Assembly (NCBI GenBank): GCA_038078695.1
Contig: JBBTVS010000012.1
Coordinates: forward strand, 1 to 47,482
DNA: 47,482 bases
Origin: Patescibacteria group bacterium
GTDB taxonomy: Bacteria > Patescibacteriota > Patescibacteriia > UBA9629
Reading direction: 5' to 3'
Shown: positions 33,787 through 41,816 of the stretch, piece by piece
Layout: the number at the start of each line of letters is the position of its first letter
Numbering within the stretch: position 1 is the stretch's first letter
Notes under the pieces: model-generated
The model's database searches: none
Seen by the model: the letters and a program-made list of their open reading frames with translations, nothing else
What the model was told of the DNA's origin: nothing
Translations under genes and position numbers: made by a program

Positions 33787-34835
33787 AAGTTGTTAAATTT
33801 TAGTTCTCCCTGCATAACTACTCCATCATCATATATCATGATACTCTTTGCTTCTAAATTCTGCAACCATTTTAAAGCTTCGCTTTTTCCCATTATCTCC
33901 GCAAGATCGGCATCAGCTAATAAATTTAGATAAAAAAAATTAGCTGAATTGATATTATTCAAAATAGCGGTTTTTGACCAATCATTGTTAAGCGCAAAAA
34001 TTGCTATTTTGTCGTCTTGATAATAATTATAATTAGAACTAAAAGTTTCTAATTGATCCCTTAATTTAAGCATATCTACCTCTTGCTGATTCAATCGCAA
34101 TTGATAAGCATAAGGACTAAATTCCTGCCAAGAGAATAATTCGGGCTTTACCTTTTTCTCGGTTATAATTGTTTGATCAGGCAGGGTTTTGGAAATAACC
34201 ACAGGAAAATCAAAGGCTGTGAAATTTACAATGTTATTTTTAAGAGTATCAACTATGGAATTTGATAAAGTCTGATCTTGCAGTTTAGCCGCCAAAATAA
34301 CAGCATCATTATTTAAAAACTCTGGCGGATATTTTTTCGGTTGAAAAACAGTCAATTGTTTAAGATTAAACTTATCTTGATGAATAAAGGAAAAATGTAA
34401 AGCATTCTCTGTTTGTTTAAGCGCAAAATAGTAGGGCAAGGGCTTAAATATAAATTCAAACCCAGCCAAACGCTCGCCAACATAATTCTGGCTTAGAAAA
34501 CCGACAATGTCCGCCCCTTCCTCTTCCATGAAGTCTATTTTTTTGCCCAAATTTTCCAATTTAAACCAACTGCCTTTTAAATAATAAACAACGATTTCTC
34601 CTGGTTGATTTTGCAAAGCAGCGACAATGTTAGCGTCTGCGCCTAATTGCTTCAACACATCTTTTGATTTATCGCTAAAACCATCATTTCTCCGCCAAAA
34701 CCAAAAATCAGTCTCTGCCGGCAAATAATCTATCAATAACTTATTATTTTCCAAAAATAATCTGTGAATTATAATAATGCCGGCGACAATAAATACAACC
34801 AAAATTCCAGCTACAATGACTATTTTTTTATGCAT
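33783..34835 (-). CDS. Hypothetical membrane-anchored protein
   Basis: 350 aa with a single N-terminal TM (IVIVAGILVVFIVAGIIII). No motif recognised. 2-nt gap after pnp and ATGA overlap with fba. Confidence 0.5.
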   Translation of the reverse strand: MHKKIVIVAGILVVFIVAGIIIIHRLFLENNKLLIDYLPAETDFWFWRRNDGFSDKSKDVLKQLGADANIVAALQNQPGEIVVYYLKGSWFKLENLGKKIDFMEEEGADIVGFLSQNYVGERLAGFEFIFKPLPYYFALKQTENALHFSFIHQDKFNLKQLTVFQPKKYPPEFLNNDAVILAAKLQDQTLSNSIVDTLKNNIVNFTAFDFPVVISKTLPDQTIITEKKVKPELFSWQEFSPYAYQLRLNQQEVDMLKLRDQLETFSSNYNYYQDDKIAIFALNNDWSKTAILNNINSANFFYLNLLADADLAEIMGKSEALKWLQNLEAKSIMIYDDGVVMQGELKFNNL

Positions 34836-34837
34836 GC

Positions 34838-36997
34838 CTATCTAAAATTATTATGTCTATTCCGATCGTTTCTTCTTGGCCCTGCCGGCTTGGGTTTAAC
34901 GCCTTCTACGGTTAAATTAATCCTGCCCAAATCATCCTTTTCTATCACTTTTACTTTTAAAGAATCGCCTAATTTAACAACATCTTCTACTCTGCCAACA
35001 TAATTATTGGATAAATTAGAAACATGAACTAAACCTTCGTGAGTTGGAGTTATTTCCACCATAGCGCCAAAATTTAAAATACGGGAAACCTTGCCCTCGT
35101 AAACTTGGCCAACTTCTATTTCGCGCGTTAAATCCTCTACAGACTTAATCGCCGCTTCCGCGCTCTTTTGATCAACTGCTGTAATTAATACTGTACCGTC
35201 TTTTTCTATGTCAATGTCTACGCCGGTTTCATCAATAATTTTATTGATAGTTTTGCCTTGCGGACCTATTACTAATCCAATTTTTTCCGGATCAATGTGC
35301 AAAGTATAAATGCGCGGAGCATAAGGAGAAAGCTCGGGCCGCGGCGCCGGAATAACTTTGCTCATTTCCGCTAAAATCTGATTTAATGCTTGGCGCGCTT
35401 GATTAAAAGTCTCCCGCACGATATCATCTGACAAGCCATTAGTTTTAGTATCCATTTGAATGGCGGTAACGCCGGCTCCTGTGCCGCAAATCTTAAAATC
35501 CATGCCGCCTGATCCATCTTCCAAATCCTGCAGATCAGTAATTATTTTATAATTGCCTTGATTGTCCGAACACAGACCTATAGCAATGCCCGCAACCGCG
35601 CTTTTAATCGGCACGCCGGCATCCATCAAAGCTAAAGAGGATCCGCAGGCAGAAGCCATAGAAGAAGAGCCGTTAGAACTTAGCACTTCTGAAACCACCC
35701 TGATTGTATAAGGGAATTCTTCGGGAACCGGCAATACTGCCCGCAGAGCCTTTTCTGCCAAAGCGCCGTGGCCAATATCGCGCCGGCCAGGCCCGCGCAA
35801 AGGAGCTACCTCTCCAACAGAATAAGGAGGAAAATTATAATGATGCATATATCGCTGTTTGGACTCGGTCTCCATAGTGTCCAAATGCAAAACATCGCCC
35901 GGTGAACCTAATGTAACCACAGAGACTACTTGCGTTTCGCCTCGGGAAAAGTGAGCAGAGCCATGGGTGCGGGGAAAAAGTCCCACTTCAAATTTTAGAG
36001 GGCGAATCTCGTCTAACTTGCGCCCGTCAACCCGATAGCTTTCTTTTATAATAGCTTGAGAAATAGCGCGCTCCGCATATTTTTTTACCAATTTCTGCGC
36101 TTTTTCCCGCTTCTCTTTGCCAACTTGCTGATCAGTTAAATGCAAATTTAGTTCTTCTTCTGCCTTGGCAATTGCTAGAATGCGGTCTTTCTTAGAATCT
36201 TTTGAATGATTAAACAGCGCTTTGGGAATCTCTTTGCTTAAAAATTTATCCGCCATACCGAATACTTCCGGCTCCAGATCTTCCACTGCCGCAAGTTCTA
36301 TTTTAGGCTTGCCTATCTCAGCTTGAATGTCAGAGATCAACTTAATAATTTTTTGATTATGTTTCTTTGCTTGCTCTATCGCTCTTAAAATTTCCTCTTC
36401 TTTTACTTCCTTAGCCTCTCCTTCTATCATAATAACTTTATTATCTAAAGTAGAAGCAACAACCAAATCTAAATCTGATTTTTCTCTCGCGGAGCAAGAC
36501 GGATTAAAAACTAATTCATTATTGATTAAACCGATTCTAATGCCGGATATTGGCCCTTGCCAATCAAGGCCGGATAAAGCTAAGGCGCAGGAGGCGGCAA
36601 TAAAAGCCGGAATATCCGGACCATTTTCCTCATCAATGCAGAAAACAGTTAAAATTACTTGGATATCCAGTCTGCTCTCATCTTTAAATAAAGGACGAAT
36701 AGCTCTGTCTATCATCCTAGAAATCAAAATGGCCTCGTCGCTTGGACGGCCTTCTCTTTTGACAAAACGAGACCCTTTAATTTTGCCGGCGGCATATAAT
36801 CTTTCTTCGTAATCAACCATTAAAGGAAAATAATCTATCCCTTCTCTTTGTTTTGAGCTTTGAACCACGGTTGCTAAAACCTCGGTATCGCCATAGCGAC
36901 AAGTGCAGGCTGCGTGCGCTTGACTCGCATATTTTCCTGCCTCTATTACGAGCTCTCTTCCGGCCCACTCTGTGGACCATTTTTTGATGTTGGACAC
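34838..36997 (-). CDS. pnp: Polyribonucleotide nucleotidyltransferase (PNPase)
   Basis: Two RNase PH domains (GRPSDEAILISRMIDRAIRPLF; GRRDIGHGALAEKAL), a KH domain (IGLVIGPQGKTINKI) and an S1 domain (GQVYEGKVSRILNFGAMVEI). GTG start. Confidence 0.95.
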   Translation of the reverse strand: MSNIKKWSTEWAGRELVIEAGKYASQAHAACTCRYGDTEVLATVVQSSKQREGIDYFPLMVDYEERLYAAGKIKGSRFVKREGRPSDEAILISRMIDRAIRPLFKDESRLDIQVILTVFCIDEENGPDIPAFIAASCALALSGLDWQGPISGIRIGLINNELVFNPSCSAREKSDLDLVVASTLDNKVIMIEGEAKEVKEEEILRAIEQAKKHNQKIIKLISDIQAEIGKPKIELAAVEDLEPEVFGMADKFLSKEIPKALFNHSKDSKKDRILAIAKAEEELNLHLTDQQVGKEKREKAQKLVKKYAERAISQAIIKESYRVDGRKLDEIRPLKFEVGLFPRTHGSAHFSRGETQVVSVVTLGSPGDVLHLDTMETESKQRYMHHYNFPPYSVGEVAPLRGPGRRDIGHGALAEKALRAVLPVPEEFPYTIRVVSEVLSSNGSSSMASACGSSLALMDAGVPIKSAVAGIAIGLCSDNQGNYKIITDLQDLEDGSGGMDFKICGTGAGVTAIQMDTKTNGLSDDIVRETFNQARQALNQILAEMSKVIPAPRPELSPYAPRIYTLHIDPEKIGLVIGPQGKTINKIIDETGVDIDIEKDGTVLITAVDQKSAEAAIKSVEDLTREIEVGQVYEGKVSRILNFGAMVEITPTHEGLVHVSNLSNNYVGRVEDVVKLGDSLKVKVIEKDDLGRINLTVEGVKPKPAGPRRNDRNRHNNFR

Positions 36998-37168
36998 TAT
37001 TTTTTAAGTATGATCGACAATATTGTTTGCTAAAGCCGCTTATGTTCAATTGCTCTATGGCTCGATTTATTTACTTAAACAATCAAGCGATCAAGCAATC
37101 GAACTCTTGAGCGGCTAACTTCAGCATATTTAAAAAACAAACCGCCGACAACACTTTAATTACAATCT

Positions 37169-37193
37169 AAAACAGGGCCTTTTGGACCCTGTT
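37169..37193 (-). terminator. Candidate Rho-independent terminator/attenuator between rpsO and pnp
   Basis: Minus-strand aaCAGGGtCCaaaaGGCCCTGtttt, 7 nt after the rpsO stop. 7-bp stem with one bulge, then a U4 run. Confidence 0.45.
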
Positions 37194-37199
37194 CATAAT

Positions 37200-37574
37200 T
37201 TAAGAGCCTACTTTTTCCTTCTCCTCTTCCGCGACAAGCAAAACTTCTGCTACTCCGTTTTCTTTCTCTTCCTGCTTAATATCTTCTTCTATAACCGTAA
37301 TTTCCGCCGGCCTGCGCAATTTTAACTTTTTAATTACTTTTTCAAACTGTTCCGGCGCATCTTGCCTTAAAAATTTAAGCAGTCTTCTTCTTTGAGATAC
37401 TTTCTTAATCAGCCCGCGCCTAGAAGAATAATCTTTTTTATGCAGGCGCAAATGTTGAGTTAAAGACTCTATTTCTCGAGTTAAAAGCGCGATTTGCACC
37501 GGCGCTGATCCTGTATCGCTTTTATGTGTTTTAAAACTTGCTATTATTTTATCTTTGATTCTTTTGGTTAGCAT
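37200..37574 (-). CDS. rpsO: 30S ribosomal protein S15 with acidic C-terminal extension (about 35 aa)
   Basis: SDTGSAPVQIALLTREIESLTQHLRLHKKDYSSRRGLIKKVSQRRRLLKFL. Tail EEDIKQEEKENGVAEVLLVAEEEKEKVGS. Confidence 0.9.
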   Translation of the reverse strand: MLTKRIKDKIIASFKTHKSDTGSAPVQIALLTREIESLTQHLRLHKKDYSSRRGLIKKVSQRRRLLKFLRQDAPEQFEKVIKKLKLRRPAEITVIEEDIKQEEKENGVAEVLLVAEEEKEKVGS

Positions 37575-37692
37575 ATTTATTCCCGACTATTCGAGTTAAG
37601 CACCAAAATAGCGGTTGAAAGTTAATATCTTTTGTCCCGGAGTGCTCGGGATTGATATTTAAAACATAGCACGGTTTGGCAGGCAGAGTCAA
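37575..37692 (-). promoter_or_regulatory. Candidate rpsO promoter (-35 TTGACT 37687-37692, 18-bp spacer, -10 TATGTT 37663-37668) and structured ~80-nt leader
   Basis: The leader contains a two-tier hairpin aatatc..tcccg-agcactc-cggga..gatatt (plus-strand coordinates 37624-37659). S15 genes are commonly autoregulated through leader structures. Confidence 0.35.
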
Positions 37693-37767
37693 GGTTGCGT
37701 ACTTGATGAATAACATATCATTGATTTTTAAGCGTGGATAAGATACAATTTTTTATAGCTGAATAAC

Positions 37768-38823
37768 TCATGTCCACACGCCCTTGATCACGCATCCGCA
37801 ATGCGCGCAATGACCATCTTTAATATGCGATTCGCAAACTAAATATCCGCTTCTTTCAATCACAACTTTTTCGCACTCTGGACAATAAGTTGATTCCAAA
37901 TCTATCCTCGGATAATTACCAACGTAAACATAATGCAAACCAGCTTCTTTGCCTATTTTATAAGCATGCTCTAATGTGCTGATTGGAGTCCGCAAGCCGT
38001 CAGCCATCTTATACTGCGGAAAAAAACGGGAAATGTGCCAAGGAATGTTAACGTCAATTTTTGCTAAAAACTCGGCAATTTGCCTTAACTCCTGCTCTGA
38101 GTCGTTTTTACCCGGAATAATTAAGGTTGTTACTTCTATCCAAATCCCTAAATCAAATATCTTTTTGATGTTATCTAATACTGGTTTGATATTAGCCTTG
38201 CATATCTTTTGATAATAGTCGGCTCTAAAACTTTTAAGATCTATATTTATCGCGTCCAAATAAGGAGTTATCAATTTATAAGTTTCCGGGGAGCTGTATC
38301 CATTGGAAACAAAAACATTTTTAATCCCGCGCCTGTGGCCCAAGCGCATAACATCATAAGCATATTCGGCAAATATGGTCGGCTCATTATAAGTGTAAGC
38401 GACGGATGGAATTTGATTTTCTGCGCAATAATTTATGATTTTCTCAGCTGGCCAATCTTGTCCAAGTTGTTCCGCGCCGATTGACTGCCGGCCTTTGTTA
38501 ACTTGCGAAATATCCCAATTCTGGCAAAAATCGCACTCAAAATTACAACCCACAGTGCCAAGCGAAAAAATTTGAGTCCCAGGCAAAAAATGGAATAACG
38601 GCTTCTTTTCTATTGGATCAATGTTTACGGCTATAGGACGGCCGTAGACAAGCAAAAATAGATCGCCTTTGATATTTTTTCTAACGCCGCAAACTCCTGT
38701 ATTGTTTGGCTTAATATAACAATAATGCGCACAGGCAGTGCATTTTACCCGCCTAAAAGGCATTCTTTTTGGCGGGTGAACTAAATCATTATTTAATTGT
38801 TCGTATAAAATAGCTTTTTTCAT
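37768..38823 (-). CDS. AmmeMemoRadiSam system radical SAM enzyme
   Basis: rSAM motif GTVGCNFECDFCQNW, N-terminal Cys cluster VKCTACAHYCYIKPNNTGVCGVR and a C-terminal Cys-rich tail CPECEK...HCAHCGC. Start set to ATG 38823 (MKKAILYEQL). Confidence 0.75.
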   Translation of the reverse strand: MKKAILYEQLNNDLVHPPKRMPFRRVKCTACAHYCYIKPNNTGVCGVRKNIKGDLFLLVYGRPIAVNIDPIEKKPLFHFLPGTQIFSLGTVGCNFECDFCQNWDISQVNKGRQSIGAEQLGQDWPAEKIINYCAENQIPSVAYTYNEPTIFAEYAYDVMRLGHRRGIKNVFVSNGYSSPETYKLITPYLDAINIDLKSFRADYYQKICKANIKPVLDNIKKIFDLGIWIEVTTLIIPGKNDSEQELRQIAEFLAKIDVNIPWHISRFFPQYKMADGLRTPISTLEHAYKIGKEAGLHYVYVGNYPRIDLESTYCPECEKVVIERSGYLVCESHIKDGHCAHCGCVIKGVWT

Positions 38824-38832
38824 AACATCTTT

Positions 38833-40272
38833 ATGATAACTAAATCCAAAAAACATAGCAAGATAACAATTCGGCCAGCGCTTTTGGCCGGCTCTTTTTA
38901 TCCGGCTGATCCAAAAGAACTGCGGCAACTAATCGCAAAGTTTTTAAATCAATCCCGAACGCCGAAAATTACTGGAGATATCAAGGCTTTGATTTCTCCT
39001 CATGCAGGGCTCGTTTATTCAGGAGCTGTGGCAGCTTACGGATATAAAGCACTCTTTAAAAATATTAGAAAAAAATCTATTACTATTATTATCATTGGTC
39101 CAAGCCACCGCTATTCCCTAACTGGCTTGGCAATTGATGACAGCGATTATTGGCAGACGCCTTTAGGCAAAACAGCGCTAAATGCTGATTTGCGCGATAA
39201 ACTGGTTAAATCAAGCGATTTATTCAAAATTGACTCCTTACCGCACAAACAGCAGGAAAATTCATTAGAAATACAGCTGCCGTTTTTGCAAACAGTTTTA
39301 GATGATTTTAAAATTTTGCCTGTATTAGTCAATCAATTAACTGATGATGAATTAGAACAAGCAAGCAGAGCGTTAGCTCAACAAATTGATAATGATACAA
39401 TCATCATAGCCAGCTCTGATTTATCTCATTATCCAATTTATGATCAAGCTAATTTTGCTGACGAAAAAGTTAACCATGCAATTTTATCAGGGCAAATCAG
39501 TAAACTGCGTCAGACTGTTTATAATTTAGAACAAAGAAATATTCCAAATTTAGCCACTTGCCTGTGCGGACAACAAGCTGTGGAAGTGGTGATGGAAACT
39601 GCCGGCATTATGCAAGCTCGCGATATCAAACTATTAAAATATGCGAATTCCGGCGATACAGAGATTGGCGATAAATTAGAAGTAGTGGGCTACGGCTCCA
39701 TAATCTTTATCAGCCAAAATCAGAATTTTAAAATTGACGGGCAGAATCAAAAAAAGCTTATTGAAATCGCCAGGCAATCAGTGGAATCACATATAACTCG
39801 CGGCGCTGTTCCTGAATTTAATGAAAATTCTCCTATCTTAAATAAACAATTGGGCGCTTTTGTAACTCTAAAAAAGCATGGGACTCTGCGAGGCTGCATT
39901 GGAGTGTTTGAGCCTAATAAACCGCTGTACAAAACAGTGTCTCAAATGGCTATAGCGGCGGCTTTTTGCGACAGCCGATTTTCGCCGGTTCAAAAAAAAG
40001 AATTGCCTGAACTTGAATATGAAATCTCTGTTTTAAGCCCTTTAAAAAGAGCGCGGGACTGGCGGGAAATTGAAATCGGCAGACATGGGGTAGAGGTGCG
40101 GCAAGGCTTGCATAGAGGCGTTTTCCTGCCTCAAGTGGCCGCGGAAAATAATTGGGGGCTTGACGAATTTATGGATGCCTTATGCGTTCATAAAGCCGGC
40201 CTGCCTCATAGCTACTGGAAAAATCCTGATGCCGAACTTTATGTTTTTACGGCTCAAGTGTTTGGAGACTAA
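38833..40272 (+). CDS. Fusion protein: Memo-like (AmmeMemoRadiSam protein B) N-terminal domain + AMMECR1 (protein A) C-terminal domain
   Basis: Memo part: RPALLAGSFYPADPKEL, ISPHAGLVYSG, GPSH, SSDLSHY. AMMECR1 part: GAFVTLKKHGTLRGCIGVFEP, ISVLSP, HGVEVRQGLHRGVFLPQVA. Confidence 0.8.
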   Translation: MITKSKKHSKITIRPALLAGSFYPADPKELRQLIAKFLNQSRTPKITGDIKALISPHAGLVYSGAVAAYGYKALFKNIRKKSITIIIIGPSHRYSLTGLAIDDSDYWQTPLGKTALNADLRDKLVKSSDLFKIDSLPHKQQENSLEIQLPFLQTVLDDFKILPVLVNQLTDDELEQASRALAQQIDNDTIIIASSDLSHYPIYDQANFADEKVNHAILSGQISKLRQTVYNLEQRNIPNLATCLCGQQAVEVVMETAGIMQARDIKLLKYANSGDTEIGDKLEVVGYGSIIFISQNQNFKIDGQNQKKLIEIARQSVESHITRGAVPEFNENSPILNKQLGAFVTLKKHGTLRGCIGVFEPNKPLYKTVSQMAIAAAFCDSRFSPVQKKELPELEYEISVLSPLKRARDWREIEIGRHGVEVRQGLHRGVFLPQVAAENNWGLDEFMDALCVHKAGLPHSYWKNPDAELYVFTAQVFGD

Positions 40273-41240
40273 TTAAATCTTGCCATAATTTTAAAATTTT
40301 TGAACTCCGATTCCATCTGCGCTAAGGTCAAAAGTCCATTCCACGCTCCAATCTGCTTAATGCAGGAGCCGGCGTTTAATGCGCCCCAGAGCAGACAGTC
40401 TGTTAATTTTTTATTATTGATATAGCCGGCCGCAAAGCCGCTGGAAAAAGCATCGCCCGCGCCAGTTACCTCTTTCGGATTCTCTTTTAATCCGCGCGCA
40501 GAAGCTATCTCTTTAGTTTCTTGATTTTTAGCCCAAGCGCCGGCTTTACCATCGGTTATTACAGTTATTTTAGGTCCTAATTTAAGCAAAATATTAAGCA
40601 AGAAAATATAATTGCGGCTTGGCGCGACATTCAACAACATTTCCGCTTCTTGCTTGTTTAAAATTAAAATTTCAGTTTTGCGCAACACCGGCAAAAGAGC
40701 CCTTGCGCCGAGTTTAAGCTCGCGCTCTCCTGGATTAAAGATAATTTTAGGCCCGGCCGGCAATTGCTTAGCCGTTAATTTATAATATTGGCCCAAAGAA
40801 GCTAAATAGATCCATTTAGTTTTTGGCCATTTTATTTTTTTAAAATTTTTAGGCTGATGATAAGATAGTATTACGCGGTCATTTTTATCTTTGCGCCAAT
40901 CTAGAATGTAAGACAAATTAACAGCGGATTGTTCATCAAAATTGCAATATTTTACGGATATTTTTTCTGCTTTAAGATGATTGATTATTTCGCGAGAGCG
41001 ACTGTCAAAACCAAAAGAAGTTATAATTGCGGTTTTTAATTTTAGACGGCTAAAACCAACAGCAGCGTTTGCGGCGTTTCCTCCAATATGCTGTTCTAAA
41101 TTTTGAATCGGTACTTTGCCGCCAACCGGAAAGCAGTAAAAATTTTCTTTTCTCTTTTTGTCTTTGTGATAACAAATATCAACTGCTTCTAAAAAAGTAT
41201 CAATAGTAGCTGTGCCGACGGTTGTGATGTCGTAAGTCAT
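40269..41240 (-). CDS. PfkB-family carbohydrate/nucleoside kinase
   Basis: GGNAANAAVGFSRLKL and the C-terminal anion-hole motif VTGAGDAFSSGF; 323 aa ribokinase-like layout. Confidence 0.8.
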   Translation of the reverse strand: MTYDITTVGTATIDTFLEAVDICYHKDKKRKENFYCFPVGGKVPIQNLEQHIGGNAANAAVGFSRLKLKTAIITSFGFDSRSREIINHLKAEKISVKYCNFDEQSAVNLSYILDWRKDKNDRVILSYHQPKNFKKIKWPKTKWIYLASLGQYYKLTAKQLPAGPKIIFNPGERELKLGARALLPVLRKTEILILNKQEAEMLLNVAPSRNYIFLLNILLKLGPKITVITDGKAGAWAKNQETKEIASARGLKENPKEVTGAGDAFSSGFAAGYINNKKLTDCLLWGALNAGSCIKQIGAWNGLLTLAQMESEFKNFKIMARFN

Positions 41241-41273
41241 AATTCATAAATCATAATTCATAAATTTGACATT
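41241..41273. repeat. Heptamer-periodic array (aattcat aaatcat aattcat aaatttg acatt)
   Basis: Fills the DJ-1 to pfkB spacer. Confidence 0.8.
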
Positions 41274-41279
41274 ACTCGC

Positions 41280-41810
41280 TTAAGAGTTCGATGTTAAAAT
41301 TTTTGCTATTGCTTTGCCAAAGGCAGAAGCGGCTTTGGGGCCGTTAGCTGTGATAATTTTGCCGTCAACTTCTACTGGCTTTGCGGTATAATTTGCGCCC
41401 AATGCAATCAAATTTTTTTTAGCCTCGGGCCAGACTGTCGCTTTTTTGCCTTGCAGAATTTGAGCGTGAGCTAATATCATTGGAGCAATGCAGATTGCGG
41501 CAGTTAATTTATTATTTTCGTAAAATCGGCGCGCTAAATCAGTAAACTCTTCTCTTTCTACTAATTCTACCATGCCTTGGCCTCCGATAAAAGCCGCGGC
41601 GTCAAAATTATCTGGATTAGCGTCTTCCGCTAAAATATCAATTTTTGCTTTAGCTCCTAAATTGCCTAAAGCTTCTCCTAATTTTAAAGAGCCAACAATA
41701 ATTTGCGCGCCTTGTTCCTCTAAAACTTGGCGCGTATCGCCGTATTCTTTATCTTGAAATCCCTGCGGAGCGATTATAATAAGTATTTTTTTGTTTAATA
41801 GAGCGGACAT
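41280..41810 (-). CDS. DJ-1/PfpI-family protein
   Basis: KILIIIAPQGFQDKEY, nucleophile elbow AAICIAPMILAHA, 176 aa. Confidence 0.85.
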   Translation of the reverse strand: MSALLNKKILIIIAPQGFQDKEYGDTRQVLEEQGAQIIVGSLKLGEALGNLGAKAKIDILAEDANPDNFDAAAFIGGQGMVELVEREEFTDLARRFYENNKLTAAICIAPMILAHAQILQGKKATVWPEAKKNLIALGANYTAKPVEVDGKIITANGPKAASAFGKAIAKILTSNS

Positions 41811-41816
41811 ATTAGT

